Source of the DNA: Octopus sinensis
Taxonomy: Eukaryota
DNA length: 64,000 nt
NCBI RefSeq assembly: GCF_006345805.1
Contig: NC_043002.1
Span: 26,846,001-26,910,000 of the forward strand
Reading direction: 5' to 3'
The notes beneath the pieces were generated by a model that worked only from the letters and a program-made list of their open reading frames with translations, ran no database searches and was not told the DNA's origin. Positions 25,055 to 37,440 of the stretch are shown piece by piece (within the stretch, counting starts at the first letter, position 1; every line of letters begins with the position of its first letter). The position numbers and the translations under genes are program-made.

Positions 25055-27261
25055 CCCTGGTCAACAAGTATTTTTCATCAAGCATATATCAATCTATACT
25101 TAGTGTAGGTCTTAATGCTGATTTCAAATATACAATTAGTTTTTGGACATCGCATACAGTTTTCATGATGAGAAAGTTTTATGGTTTTAACTCATGCATT
25201 ATATAGAAAATTCCATTTAACGACGTGTATGCGAGTATTTCATTTACGTCATGGAAACATACCATTAAAATAAACTACATTATTCATTGCTTCATAGTTC
25301 AGATGCAATATTTCATCATCTGAAATTCAAAATAAGTATAACTGTTTAAGTATGTTTCCGTATTTGTGTTACAGTGTTAACAAAGTCAAGACAAGGTAGA
25401 AAGCGTCTTGGTGTGTTATGTTATGCCTGTGAACATATTGCAAATGCTCAAAAACGTACAATACCACCAGAGATCAAGATGTATAAGCTATGCTTTGTCT
25501 GTCCTATTGGAGATCTGGAAAAGTTATGGGCACCACATTTTATCTACTCAGCTTGCTGAAATGGCTTACGTGACTGGTCCAATAATAATAAGTCCATGCA
25601 TTTTGGCATTCCAGTGGCATGGAGGGATACGAAAGACCATTTTAATGACTGTTATTTATGCAAAGTAAATGTCACAGGATTTTCTTTGAAGAACAAAACA
25701 CAAAATTGTATTTCCTAACTTAGATTCCGCAATGAGACCTGTGCCTCACAATAGAAGTCTGCCAGTTCCAGTTCCACCACATGAGAAATTTCAGATGATG
25801 ATTGTGACTGTCACGATAGAGCTTCTGTAGAAGATTATGTGGCTGAACTGAATGACCTTGTCAGTGTTCTATCCCTCCCGAAAGATAATGCAGAACTGTT
25901 GGCATCAAGACTGAAAGAGAAATATCTGCTAGAGCACGGTGTTTCTTATAACTTATTTTCGGCAGAGAAATATGGTTCTACAAACGTGTTTTTCTGTTGA
26001 AAGCCCGCTTTGCTTTTGCAGTAACATAGACGGACTCTTCGAATGGTCATCACAAAATCATGACCCTGCAGAGTGGCGTGTGTTTATTGACTCTTCGAAA
26101 CAAAGTTTAAAAGCTGTACTTCTCTATAATGGTAATTTGAAGCCCTCCATTCCTCTTGTACACCCTGTTCATCTTCATGAATCATATGAGAATATTGAAT
26201 TTTTACTTCATGCCATTGCATATGAAATATACGGATGAAAAATATGTAGAGATTTAAAAGTCGTTGGAATGTTAATGGGAATGCACTCAGCTTTCACAAA
26301 ATAGTGTTGTTTCTTGAGTCCGTGAGATAGTCGGGCCACTGACAGACATCATTTGGAATCAAACTGGCAGACATGAACATCATACCAGCCAGGACTGTCT
26401 AGCGTCAAGAATACACCTCTTGTAGGTCCTATTGCCTCATTTGCAAATAAAGCTTGCACTGATGAAACAGTTTGTAAAGTCACTAGGGGAGAGAAATACC
26501 AGAGGGTTTGATTATATCGTAGAAACGTTTCCCAAAATCAAGCAGGCGAAGTTGAAAGAGGCTATATTTGTCGGACCACAAATTAGAGACGTACTCAAGG
26601 ATGTCAACTTCAAGATAACACTGGATGAACTGGAAGTGCCTGTGAGAATTGTGTGAGAATTTCCTGAGCAGCAAGAAAGCAATGGACTCCAAAGATGACA
26701 TCAAGAATCTTCTGAAGTTTTACTCTGCAATGGGTTGTCGCATGTCATTGGAAGTTCAATTCTTGGACTCCCATCTGGATTTCTTCGCAGATAACCTTGG
26801 AGCAGTGTCTAATGAACATGGTGAAAGATTTCACCAGGACATTAATGCTATGAAGTATCGGTACCAAGATTTCTGGAATGAGAGTTTGCTAGTTGACTAC
26901 TGCTGGGCCTTCTACCGCGATGAACTAGATGAGGAACATCGCAGGAAATCCAAATCCCAATGTTTCTAACTCTGTTCTAACTTTGTTTTATCTCACCCAT
27001 TTTTGTGTATTCACTCTTTGTAAAATGATAGTGATGATTTTTAATTCAATAAACTCCTTTACTTTCTAAAAATATGTCCTTATTTATTACGTTAATGATT
27101 TCATATATAAAAATATGTAAATATTTGCATGTATCTACTGAAAAACTGGTACGTACTTCACACAAATTGAGTGACATTTTGAAATCAGCATAAAAAATTA
27201 GTCTTAAAAAGTTCGTTTGCATTCATAATGGGTATAATGCATTTAATTTTGTTGACCAGTG
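25055..27261 (+). mobile_element. Second Chapaev3-type transposon (different family), both ends present, decayed near-full-length transposase
   Basis: Termini CCCTGGTCAACAA (C-for-A change) and TTGTTGACCAGTG, with TAA TSD at 25052-25054 and 27262-27264. Transposase at about 25374-26969: CYACE...WAPH..., HFGIPVAWR...DCYLC, AMRPVPH, WRVFIDSSKQSLKAVLL, PHLQIKLALMKQFV, NEHGERFHQDINAMKYRYQ...DYCW. Confidence 0.9.
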
Positions 27262-27785
27262 TAAGTTTTGATTATGAGATGGAGGATAATGGTGGTGGAA
27301 ATACGTGACGGGGTGGTGGTGTTGCTCATTACTGTACTAATTGACATCACAACAGTAGGCATCCTGAAAGGGTTGTAGCTACAAGGAGTTGTAGTGATGT
27401 TAGTGGTGAGGATTTAGTCTAAAGGACGAGGACATTCCCTGTGTTGTTGATGATGATGATGTTGATGATGATGATGATGACGACGACGACGATGATGATA
27501 AGGACAAGGAGGAGGAGGAGGAAGAAGACTAGGAGGAGGAAGCGAAAGTGGAGGAGGGAGGAAGATGTTGATGGATATGATGACGGTAAACAAAGGACTG
27601 ATGTGGCTGTTGGTCGAAAGCGACAACGATAATGAATGTCACCGCTATGAAAGTGATGACTACGACGTCGATCAAGGCGACCGCTCCTACCACAATGGTG
27701 TATTTGTACAACTGCTTCAAGAGTGGTTCCAGTTTACTTGGTCAACTTCACAAAACGGAAAATAACATCCTTATTGTAGTAGTAT

Positions 27786-27962
27786 CTTCTTCTTCTTCTT
27801 CTTCTTCTTCTTCTTCTTCTTCTTCTTCTTCTTCTTCTTCTTCTTCTTCTTCTTCTTCTTCTTCTTCTTCTTCTTTTTCTTTTTCTTCTTCCTCTGTCTA
27901 CTTCTTCTTCTACTTCTTCTTCTTCTTCTTCTTCTTCTTTTTCTTTTTCTTCTTCCTCTGTC

Positions 27963-27994
<32 letters not shown>

Positions 27995-28000
27995 CTCTCT
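27786..28000. repeat. (TTC)n microsatellite
   Basis: Direct reading. Confidence 0.97.
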
Positions 28001-30264
28001 TTCTCTTGCTCGTTTTGTTTTCTTCTGTGAAATAACTACTTTTTTCTACATGGTTCATTTCTTTTTTTTTCTTACTCCCTTATTCTTTAGGTTTTAATAC
28101 GAAGTGAACCGATGTTGCCAAGGAGATATTGGCAGACCTTTTCATATTTTTCGGACAATAAAACTACTTGCTGTTAACTTGCCTTTATCAAGTAAAAAAA
28201 ACTGAAATGGTTTGTTGGAGATAATTAAAACAAAAAATACCTACAAATCAAGGCAAGTCTTCATATTTCCTTTGTTTTTTAATTCTTTGTATATTTTTTA
28301 AATATACAAAGAGTTAAAGGATATATTTGCTTGATAAGTAATATGTGCTAGTAAACTAGGCATCTATGAAATATATCCTGCAATGAATATTTCAAAGAAT
28401 TCACTGTTTACTTCAATGTAACGGTCCTAACTTCGATCACATCTTATTGTATCCTATATGTGAGTGTGTGTGTGTGTTTATTTGTGTGTGTGTGTGTGTT
28501 TGTGTGTGTTTGTGTTTGTGTGTGTGTTCATGTGTGTTCGTGTGTGTGTTCGTGTATGTGTGTGCGTGTGTGTGTGTGTGTGTGTGTAAAAACTTGAAGT
28601 TAAGCCGAAGATAAAATATGACAAGGTGCAGTATTTGCGAATTATCAGCAATGTTGCTTCGCAACCACGTGATCTCTTGTTCCAACCCACTTCGCAGTAT
28701 CTTGGATATATATCATATTCTGTAGCCTTGGGGCAACCTATACCTTGTGAGTATTGTAAAATAGTGTTAATAGTTCTATTTAGCATTGTCATTACTGCCG
28801 AATGAATGAGGCTACCTTTGTGTTACTGTTTCATTCTAGGTAACATACGTGTGTTAAACCAGCACGATATCCAAGAGACGTATTTGATTTGACTAATCAC
28901 TAAACAAACTGCACATAAACATCAACTATAGAGATCTAGTAAGGAATTAAAATTCCATAGTTGTATATGGTTAACACAGGTTCTATAAATTTTTGTTAAA
29001 AATTCCAGATTAAGAAGAGCATGTAAGGACGCATAACCTACAATCTGAAACGGTATCTATATGGGATAAGCTGAGGCGCTATACATACACGCGATATATG
29101 CTGGCAGTGTAGGTATAGGGGACAACTACAGTGTCTATGAATTCATTTAATAAGTCCTGGATCTCTAAATGTCGTGAATTCATGTAATAAGTACTGGCTC
29201 TATAAATGTCGTACTTTGTGAAATGTCTTGAAGAATTCTCTGTGCCATAATATGTCAACTATCGTGTGTCCCTAACATTCCCTTTCTACATTAAAATTTT
29301 CCCGACCCTACATCAACAATGTGCTGTGTTTGCATTTTTGATTGTTTCTGCCTGTAACATCCACTGACTCTATGACCCAGAAAGAGCATTGTTTACTCAT
29401 TCCTCATCATTCGAACCCAATCATTATCCATACGTTGAATATGCACTGAATATATGATCATGGATCTACAATATAACTTATGGGGTTATGCTAAGTTTCT
29501 CTCAATTGCGCAGATACAATCACAACACATTAAAAATTAAAGATTTTGCACACGCCCTGAAGATGGGCAGTACAGAGCTTGAACCTAATGTTGAAACACA
29601 TGACAGGGTTTAACTACCATTGAAGATTTTTCTTGACGAATGAGCATTTCAATATAGAAAATGATGCATCACACAAACAACTGGTTATTGCGTCATCAAT
29701 TTTTGATGATTTTTGCACTTAGAGTGATTACTAGCACATATGAGACAAACTCTCGAACAATAGTGGTTTCAATTTAGGATACAGACTATTTCCTTTACCT
29801 TATGTAGCGTAAACCATAGCACAAGTGGTACACGTCACAATGTCCGATTCCGCCTCTGCATATTTTCAATGTTCAATTTCATGAAATCTAGAACTAACGT
29901 TTCATATCATTTAACACACATTTCTTATACCAAATCAAAACAACACCTCTCCTACTTTTGCGTATGCTTCTCAAGTGCTTACGACAATGAAAGACATAAA
30001 ATCCTAATGTGGATTGAAAGAATGAGAGAAATTCGCAATGACAATACATTAATAATACTATCTCTAATGGATTCAAATTCGAATTTCAGGCAAGCTTTTA
30101 CGCAAAGAAAATACACTAGCCGTCACTTGCAAACGAAAATGACATGTCAGTATATATCGTGAGCTTGCTAATAGATTTAGATAGCAAGCAGACACAGATA
30201 TTTCGCGACACTCCAGCCCTTTCACCTAGTGGAATATGAAGGCTGTCAGGTACTGGAGGAAGGA

Positions 30265-30400
30265 AGTTAGTGTGCCAGCATAAGGTTTGTGCTCATTTTA
30301 AGCTGAGCAAACTGCAGCATCGTAGAAAGTGCCTTATCGAAAGCAAAAACGTGCTACTCACTCCAAGAATGAAACATATGTCTTTACGGCTATGAACTCA
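30265..30400 (-). mobile_element. Decayed SINE (family C) fragment
   Basis: gtgctcattttaagctgagcaaactgcagc...gtgccttatcgaaag...ctccaagaatgaaac...cggctatgaactcaaca resembles the reverse of a tRNA-headed SINE. Confidence 0.5.
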
Positions 30401-31269
30401 ACATAAAAAAAAGACATTATTAATTTGTAGCTCTGACGTTGAGAACAGAGAGGTCACGTTGAAAACATATCTTACAGGGGCAGAAAAAAACTCTTCAGGA
30501 AGCACGTTACAGATAATGATATAAAAGACACGCACGCACATACAAACACACACACACACATACACACACCCATGTAAACACGTATGGTATTTATTCAGAT
30601 CGATTATGTTTTGATAACAACATTTAGGGTATTTTAATGTTTTTTTCCCTATTGATTCTCAGCGCTTGCAGGTGAGAAGACAAATTTCAAATATTAATTA
30701 GCAGCAAATTGTGAAATTAATTTTCAAAATGTGAGGGGAAATTTAAGAAAATTAATAAGCCGGGTATAATAGCTTCATTCAAATAGAATACATAGTTTGA
30801 GAGGCGTTGAAGTGGCATATTTAAAAGCCGAACGTCATCATTTAGACAAATGCTTTCATGTTTCAAATTACTGAATTGGGAGTAGTCGTAGGAGAGAGTT
30901 TAACGTGATTCATGTCATGCTATGAAAATTAAAGACACTTGGAAGTGGAAAAACGGCAGCCATGACAAAGAGAAACGTTGATTCAGCATTCTGCCACTGA
31001 CGATGCGATGTGTCAATGACCGTGACAACATCGTAATGGGCAGGGGTTGTTGGTGTCACTGTATTGTTAAAAGAATTGTTCGCTTCTCCATTGCGATAAC
31101 ACTTTGTGCATGATATTGTGCAAGTGTCTTCGACCAAAACATCGACCTCCCCAACGCGTTGTGGGTGAAATCAGCTTCACCGAACGTATATGTAGACTCC
31201 ACTTATATACGCACGCACACAGAGATACACACACACACACACACACATGCAGACACATCTATAAGTTAG

Positions 31270-31432
31270 AGGTGCATCTGTATTGTAAGAAGTTTGCTTC
31301 ACAAACACATGGTTACGGGTCCAGTCTCACTGCGTGGCACACTGGGTGGCGAATGCCTCCTACAATAACCTCGGACCGACCAAAACCTTGTGAATATATT
31401 TCGTACACAGAAACTAATTAAAGTTCATCGTA
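31270..31432 (+). mobile_element. Family A SINE 5' half
   Basis: gtaagaagtttgcttcacaaacacatgg...cactgcgtggcac...cggaccgaccaaaaccttgtg. Confidence 0.8.
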
Positions 31433-31446
31433 TGTATGTATGTATG

Positions 31447-31480
<34 letters not shown>

Positions 31481-31516
31481 TATATGTATGTATGTATGTA
31501 TCTATCTATATATCTA

Positions 31517-31613
<97 letters not shown>

Positions 31614-31625
31614 CATGTATGTATG
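31430..31625. repeat. Compound (TATG)n/(TATC)n microsatellite
   Basis: Direct reading. Confidence 0.95.
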
Positions 31626-31680
31626 TATCTTTTCATCAATCTATCTAATTATCTGTGTTGTATATATATATATCTCATTC

Positions 31681-32072
31681 TCTCTTTAACTTGTTTCAGT
31701 CATTTGACTGCGGCCATGCTAGAGCACCACCTTTAATCCAGCAACTCGACCCCGGGACTTATTCTTTGTAAGCCCAGTACTTATTCTATCGGTCTCTTTT
31801 GCCGAACCGCTAAGTGACGGGGACATAAATACACCAGCATCGGTTGTCAAGTGATGCTGGATGGGACAAACACAGACACACAAACATACACGCACACATA
31901 TATATACATATATATGACGGGGTTCTTTCAGTGTCCGTCTACCAAATCAACTCACAAGGCTTTGGTCGGCCCGAGGTTATAGTAGAAGACACTTGCCCAA
32001 GGTGCCACGCAGTGGGACTGAAAACCCGGAACCATGTGGTTGGTAAACAAGCTACTTACCACACAGCCACTC
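31681..32072 (-). mobile_element. Family A (OR2-like) SINE, full length
   Basis: Reverse complement of 8670-9080 throughout. Confidence 0.92.
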
Positions 32073-32318
32073 ATATATATATATATATATATATGGAGCA
32101 AATATTCAGGAATTAATATTTATATAGATATTTTTATTGCTATTATTATCAAGGGCAATATAAATAATTAATAATTATAGCAATAATATTATGAATGGTT
32201 GCAGATCTAAATTAGTATTATATAGTCATATATATAAATATTCACTCCTGAATACTTGCTCCATATTGAAGCTTTTCGCACTGAAGCTGCTGTGAATTGG
32301 CACAAGACAGTGCAGAGG

Positions 32319-32363
<45 letters not shown>

Positions 32364-32366
<3 letters not shown>

Positions 32367-33779
32367 AATACACACACACTCAAACACACCCACATATATA
32401 TAAATATATATAATATATATGGGTGTGACAGAAGTAACGTCCATGTTGTTTTTAATAATTCCTACAGTATATAAATGTTTATTAAGTAACTTGCTTACCA
32501 ACCACATGGTTTCAGGTTCAGTCCCACTGCATGGCACCTTCAGCAAGTGTCTTGTACTATAATCTCGGGCCGACCGAAACCGTGTGAGTGGATTTGTTAG
32601 ACGGAAACTGAAAGAAGCCCGTTATATATATATGTGTGTGTGTGTGTTTGTGTGTCTGTGTTTGGCCCCTCAACATCGCTAAACAACCGACGCTGGTGTG
32701 TTTACGTCACGTAACTTAGCGGTTCGGCAAAAGACCGATAGAATAAGTACTAGGCTTACAAAAATAAGTCCTGGGGTTGATTTGCTCGGCTAAAGGTGGT
32801 GCTCCAGCATGGCCGCAGTCAAATGACTGGAACAAGTAAAAGAGTAATACATGCATATTACTATGCAAGCTGTAACTTGGTGAGAAATTGCCAATCAATC
32901 AACACGTCAGAAACAAAATCCTCGTCTATTACATTTACTCGAATTGTCGGAATACGTCCTTATTGTAGTCACAACCGAATAAAAAAAATGTTTGGCCTGC
33001 TGGAAACGTTTCTCATCCAAAGCATTGTTCACTAATGTGTGATATAATAAAGTAAACCATTCTGTCGATCTGGGTGTTTATTACATATGATACATTGACT
33101 CCAAATATTTGGGTTAAGTCGGGAAGTTTCACTGCTTTTCGCCTCAACAGTACTATAAATGTGCGCTGCGAATTTTTATGAGGCTAAGTTGAATTACACC
33201 AAGTAACGTAAGTAATATTAGTTCTTGTACACTATGAAGGCCGATTTTCGTTTGTTATTTCTACAGCATCGTTGAAATTGGGAAGCGTAGCCTAATGCAT
33301 TGGAGAGGTCTACAAAATTCAATGACACGACAAAAGATCAGAAGCTAGCGTTATCTATAAGGTATAAATGTGGCAGCTAAATATTGCTGGTTCATATTGC
33401 ATGACAAACCAGTCATTTTGTGTTTGATTAAAGCTATTAATTTATATCATTGTGGCTTTTGATGTCGTTGTCGTTTAGTCCCACGTCGTTCCCAGTGTCT
33501 TTACTTTTAAATGTTATTCGGTTGTTCAAGCGTTACAAACATCTATAGAATCAAATATATACTAAATACATATCACTGCTAAATACATTAGTCATACAAC
33601 TGATTCGATCCATTCGCTAAAGCTTCAAACTTGTAATTATACAGGTTGAAAACCAGTTTTGACGAAACTCCAAAAGCATAATATTTTACCGTGATTCATG
33701 AATCGACTTATTTATCACTTGTGATAGACAATTTAATTACTCACGGAGTCCTGCATATCAAAAATATGTATGTTATATA

Positions 33780-33853
<74 letters not shown>

Positions 33854-35258
33854 AATACACACACACTCAAACACACCCACATATATATAATATATATAAT
33901 ATATATGGGTGTGACAGAAGTAACGTCCATGTTGTTTTTAATAATTCCTACAGTATATAAATGTTTATTAAGTAACTTGCTTACCAACCACATGGTTTCA
34001 GGTTCAGTCCCACTGCATGGCACCTTCAGCAAGTGTCTTGTACTATAATCTCGGGCCGACCGAAACCGTGTGAGTGGATTTGTTAGACGGAAACTGAAAG
34101 AAGCCCGTTATATATATATGTGTGTGTGTGTGTTTGTGTGTCTGTGTTTGGCCCCTCAACATCGCTAAACAACCGACGCTGGTGTGTTTACGTCACGTAA
34201 CTTAGCGGTTCGGCAAAAGACCGATAGAATAAGTACTAGGCTTACAAAAATAAGTCCTGGGGTTGATTTGCTCGGCTAAAGGTGGTGCTCCAGCATGGCC
34301 GCAGTCAAATGACTGGAACAAGTAAAAGAGTAATACATGCATATTACTATGCAAGCTGTAACTTGGTGAGAAATTGCCAATCAATCAACACGTCAGAAAC
34401 AAAATCCTCGTCTATTACATTTACTCGAATTGTCGGAATACGTCCTTATTGTAGTCACAACCGAATAAAAAAAATGTTTGGCCTGCTGGAAACGTTTCTC
34501 ATCCAAAGCATTGTTCACTAATGTGTGATATAATAAAGTAAACCATTCTGTCGATCTGGGTGTTTATTACATATGATACATTGACTCCAAATATTTGGGT
34601 TAAGTCGGGAAGTTTCACTGCTTTTCGCCTCAACAGTACTATAAATGTGCGCTGCGAATTTTTATGAGGCTAAGTTGAATTACACCAAGTAACGTAAGTA
34701 ATATTAGTTCTTGTACACTATGAAGGCCGATTTTCGTTTGTTATTTCTACAGCATCGTTGAAATTGGGAAGCGTAGCCTAATGCATTGGAGAGGTCTACA
34801 AAATTCAATGACACGACAAAAGATCAGAAGCTAGCGTTATCTATAAGGTATAAATGTGGCAGCTAAATATTGCTGGTTCATATTGCATGACAAACCAGTC
34901 ATTTTGTGTTTGATTAAAGCTATTAATTTATATCATTGTGGCTTTTGATGTCGTTGTCGTTTAGTCCCACGTCGTTCCCAGTGTCTTTACTTTTAAATGT
35001 TATTCGGTTGTTCAAGCGTTACAAACATCTATAGAATCAAATATATACTAAATACATATCACTGCTAAATACATTAGTCATACAACTGATTCGATCCATT
35101 CGCTAAAGCTTCAAACTTGTAATTATACAGGTTGAAAACCAGTTTTGACGAAACTCCAAAAGCATAATATTTTACCGTGATTCATGAATCGACTTATTTA
35201 TCACTTGTGATAGACAATTTAATTACTCACGGAGTCCTGCATATCAAAAATATGTATG

Positions 35259-35260
<2 letters not shown>
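32364..35260. repeat. Near-perfect tandem duplication, period 1486 bp (32364-33774 and 33851-35260)
   Basis: The segments compared read identically except one A near the start. (TA)n tracts lie before, between and after the units, and the ORF track is duplicated at +1486. Confidence 0.97.
32484..32848 (+). mobile_element. Family A SINE, 5'-truncated (duplicated at 33970-34334)
   Basis: ttgcttaccaaccacatgg...gggccgacc...gcggttcggcaaaagaccgatagaataagtactaggc...ggaacaagtaaaagag. Confidence 0.92.
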
Positions 35261-35332
<72 letters not shown>

Positions 35333-35879
35333 TGTTTATTTTTATGTTATAATAAAACAGTTATATATCAAACTGAAGGATTACTTAATGTATTTGTTAG
35401 ATGAAAAGTCTCTGATATGAATAGTATTGACAGACTTCGAAGTTTCAGCCAGTGAAAGCAACATCGGGCTGTAATTCATTTTAGTTCATCTTAACTATAT
35501 AAAGATTTTCTAGGTGAATTTAAATTGTATTGAATGGTAATTATGATATATGTTAAGTTGAGGTGGCCAGATGGGATGATGTTTTATGACGTAAACCATA
35601 CCTCATATTTACATTCATTTAAATACCAATCCCGTAAAAGCCGATATATCAAGAAACATACCTAAATTACAAACACTGGACGGAAGTCTAAGATTTAACC
35701 TTCACATTCTCAAAAGACAAATATCTCCCGAATGTCTAAATAAAACCAAAAAGAACCAAACCAAACCAAGTTACAGACCTGCTGTCCAAAAACCAAACAA
35801 CAATATTTTGTGAATGTTAAGAATTGCATATTCTACACTTCCTGCGGAATCGTCCGAGGCGTATAATCATCAAATTTAA

Positions 35880-36330
35880 CATTACTGCATGGAACATATG
35901 ATAGTGGCAGTAGTCATCGGAGATATGAATTTCGACCAACAACAATATCAATGCTGAAATCAGGAGAAGAATATCTGAATAGCATAAAGTGTATCATTAC
36001 CAGTCAACGGATCGTAGAAAGACTGGCCCATTCAGAAAATTTAAAACGTAACGATGTTCTCATTTGCCCGCAGGGTCCAATGTCAAATAAAAAAATAAGT
36101 TGTAAAGAAACAAACCATTCTGTTATAATGTGGATCGTCGTCCACTTGTATGTTTTTCTCGGCGCTGTAATATTCTTGTCGCCACTATTATGCTGTGGCC
36201 GTATTCCGCGTCTTATCTTTGACTCGTTTATCGGGCTACGGCTGATAGCTCCGCAAGACTTTGATTTGGAAACGTGTGCCTTGACGGTAACTCGATCTCG
36301 TGTATATCACGTAGCTGACACTGATTCCAA
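35880..36330 (+). pseudogene. Possible very old RTE-type LINE RT C-terminal fragment
   Basis: Short motifs VVIGDMNF, NNINAEIRRRI and FDLETCALT in shifting frames resemble the RTE motifs IGDYNFE, NNxSxEIKRRI and YGxETWxLT. Confidence 0.4.
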
Positions 36331-37299
36331 CTGAGAACTCGTACAACGACTCTACTACTACTACTGACTCTGCTACAACGACTGACTGTCGGGCTTTATG
36401 GGAAGAGGAATACAACTTACATTACGATACATTTGTTCTCCCGTAATTCCACCTAATTTGACTTAATCAGTAACATCAAATGAACCCTTACATACTTTTG
36501 AGGTACATTGATATATTTACATCAATAAATAAAATTAGATATTAACCTGTTGCAGGTTTAGTAAATGTCATGCTTATAGAATACCTGAAGGTATTCTCTA
36601 GGCAAATTCACTAGTCGCAAGCTATATACATGAATATCTTATATCCCCGTCTGTTATTCCATTTACTAAATTGAGAAATAAGCTAATTACAGTAAACTAC
36701 CGACTGATATCGTTTACCCTACATACCACTGAAATATTTGAGGGTGATGAAATCATTAATAACTAACATCCTGAAAGTTAAGCTCGACAAAAGTCATTAT
36801 TTGTATCACTGGATGGAATGTATTGGGAAAAGTCCTTCACAATTTACATAAATGACAAAAATAAAGCCATTAATTACAGAAAGGTTAATATTTTCTCAGA
36901 CTGCTCTTAGCTAGACAACGTTATCAAGAGAGAATATGACCGAATATATAACAAATATAACTCAGATGAAATTTGAAAGTTGAAACAAAACAATATGCTT
37001 GCTAAAGTACATAATTTTTTTGTTCCTGCTGTATAGCACAATATGATATCAAAACGCTATCAGATATTGCTCAGTGATTAAGGTGAATAACCTTAGCAGC
37101 ATGTTCAACAATGACGTCAATCTGACTCCAAACAGTTGGGGTTGAGATACTTTTATCTCTTGGTCCATAGATCTGAACGCCGATAAACTTCGATTTTTGT
37201 TTTTATTTATCATTGCATTATTCTATCTCGAATACAGTTGCCATCTGCTGCCTCCTCATAACAAACAAAAGATGAGAATATATATGTATATCTGAGGAC

Positions 37300-37305
37300 A
37301 ATAAC

Positions 37306-37389
<84 letters not shown>

Positions 37390-37394
37390 TAATA

Positions 37395-37440
<46 letters not shown>
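37300..37440. repeat. (TAA)n microsatellite
   Basis: Direct reading. Confidence 0.97.

Noticed and set aside
29139-29213. Two ~37-bp direct repeats
   Set aside because: This is an ordinary local tandem duplication with no spacer structure, not CRISPR-like.
33149-33360. Two exon-like blocks with a short intron inside the duplicated unit
   Set aside because: The best spliced product is only 41 aa, with an in-frame stop directly upstream and no homology.
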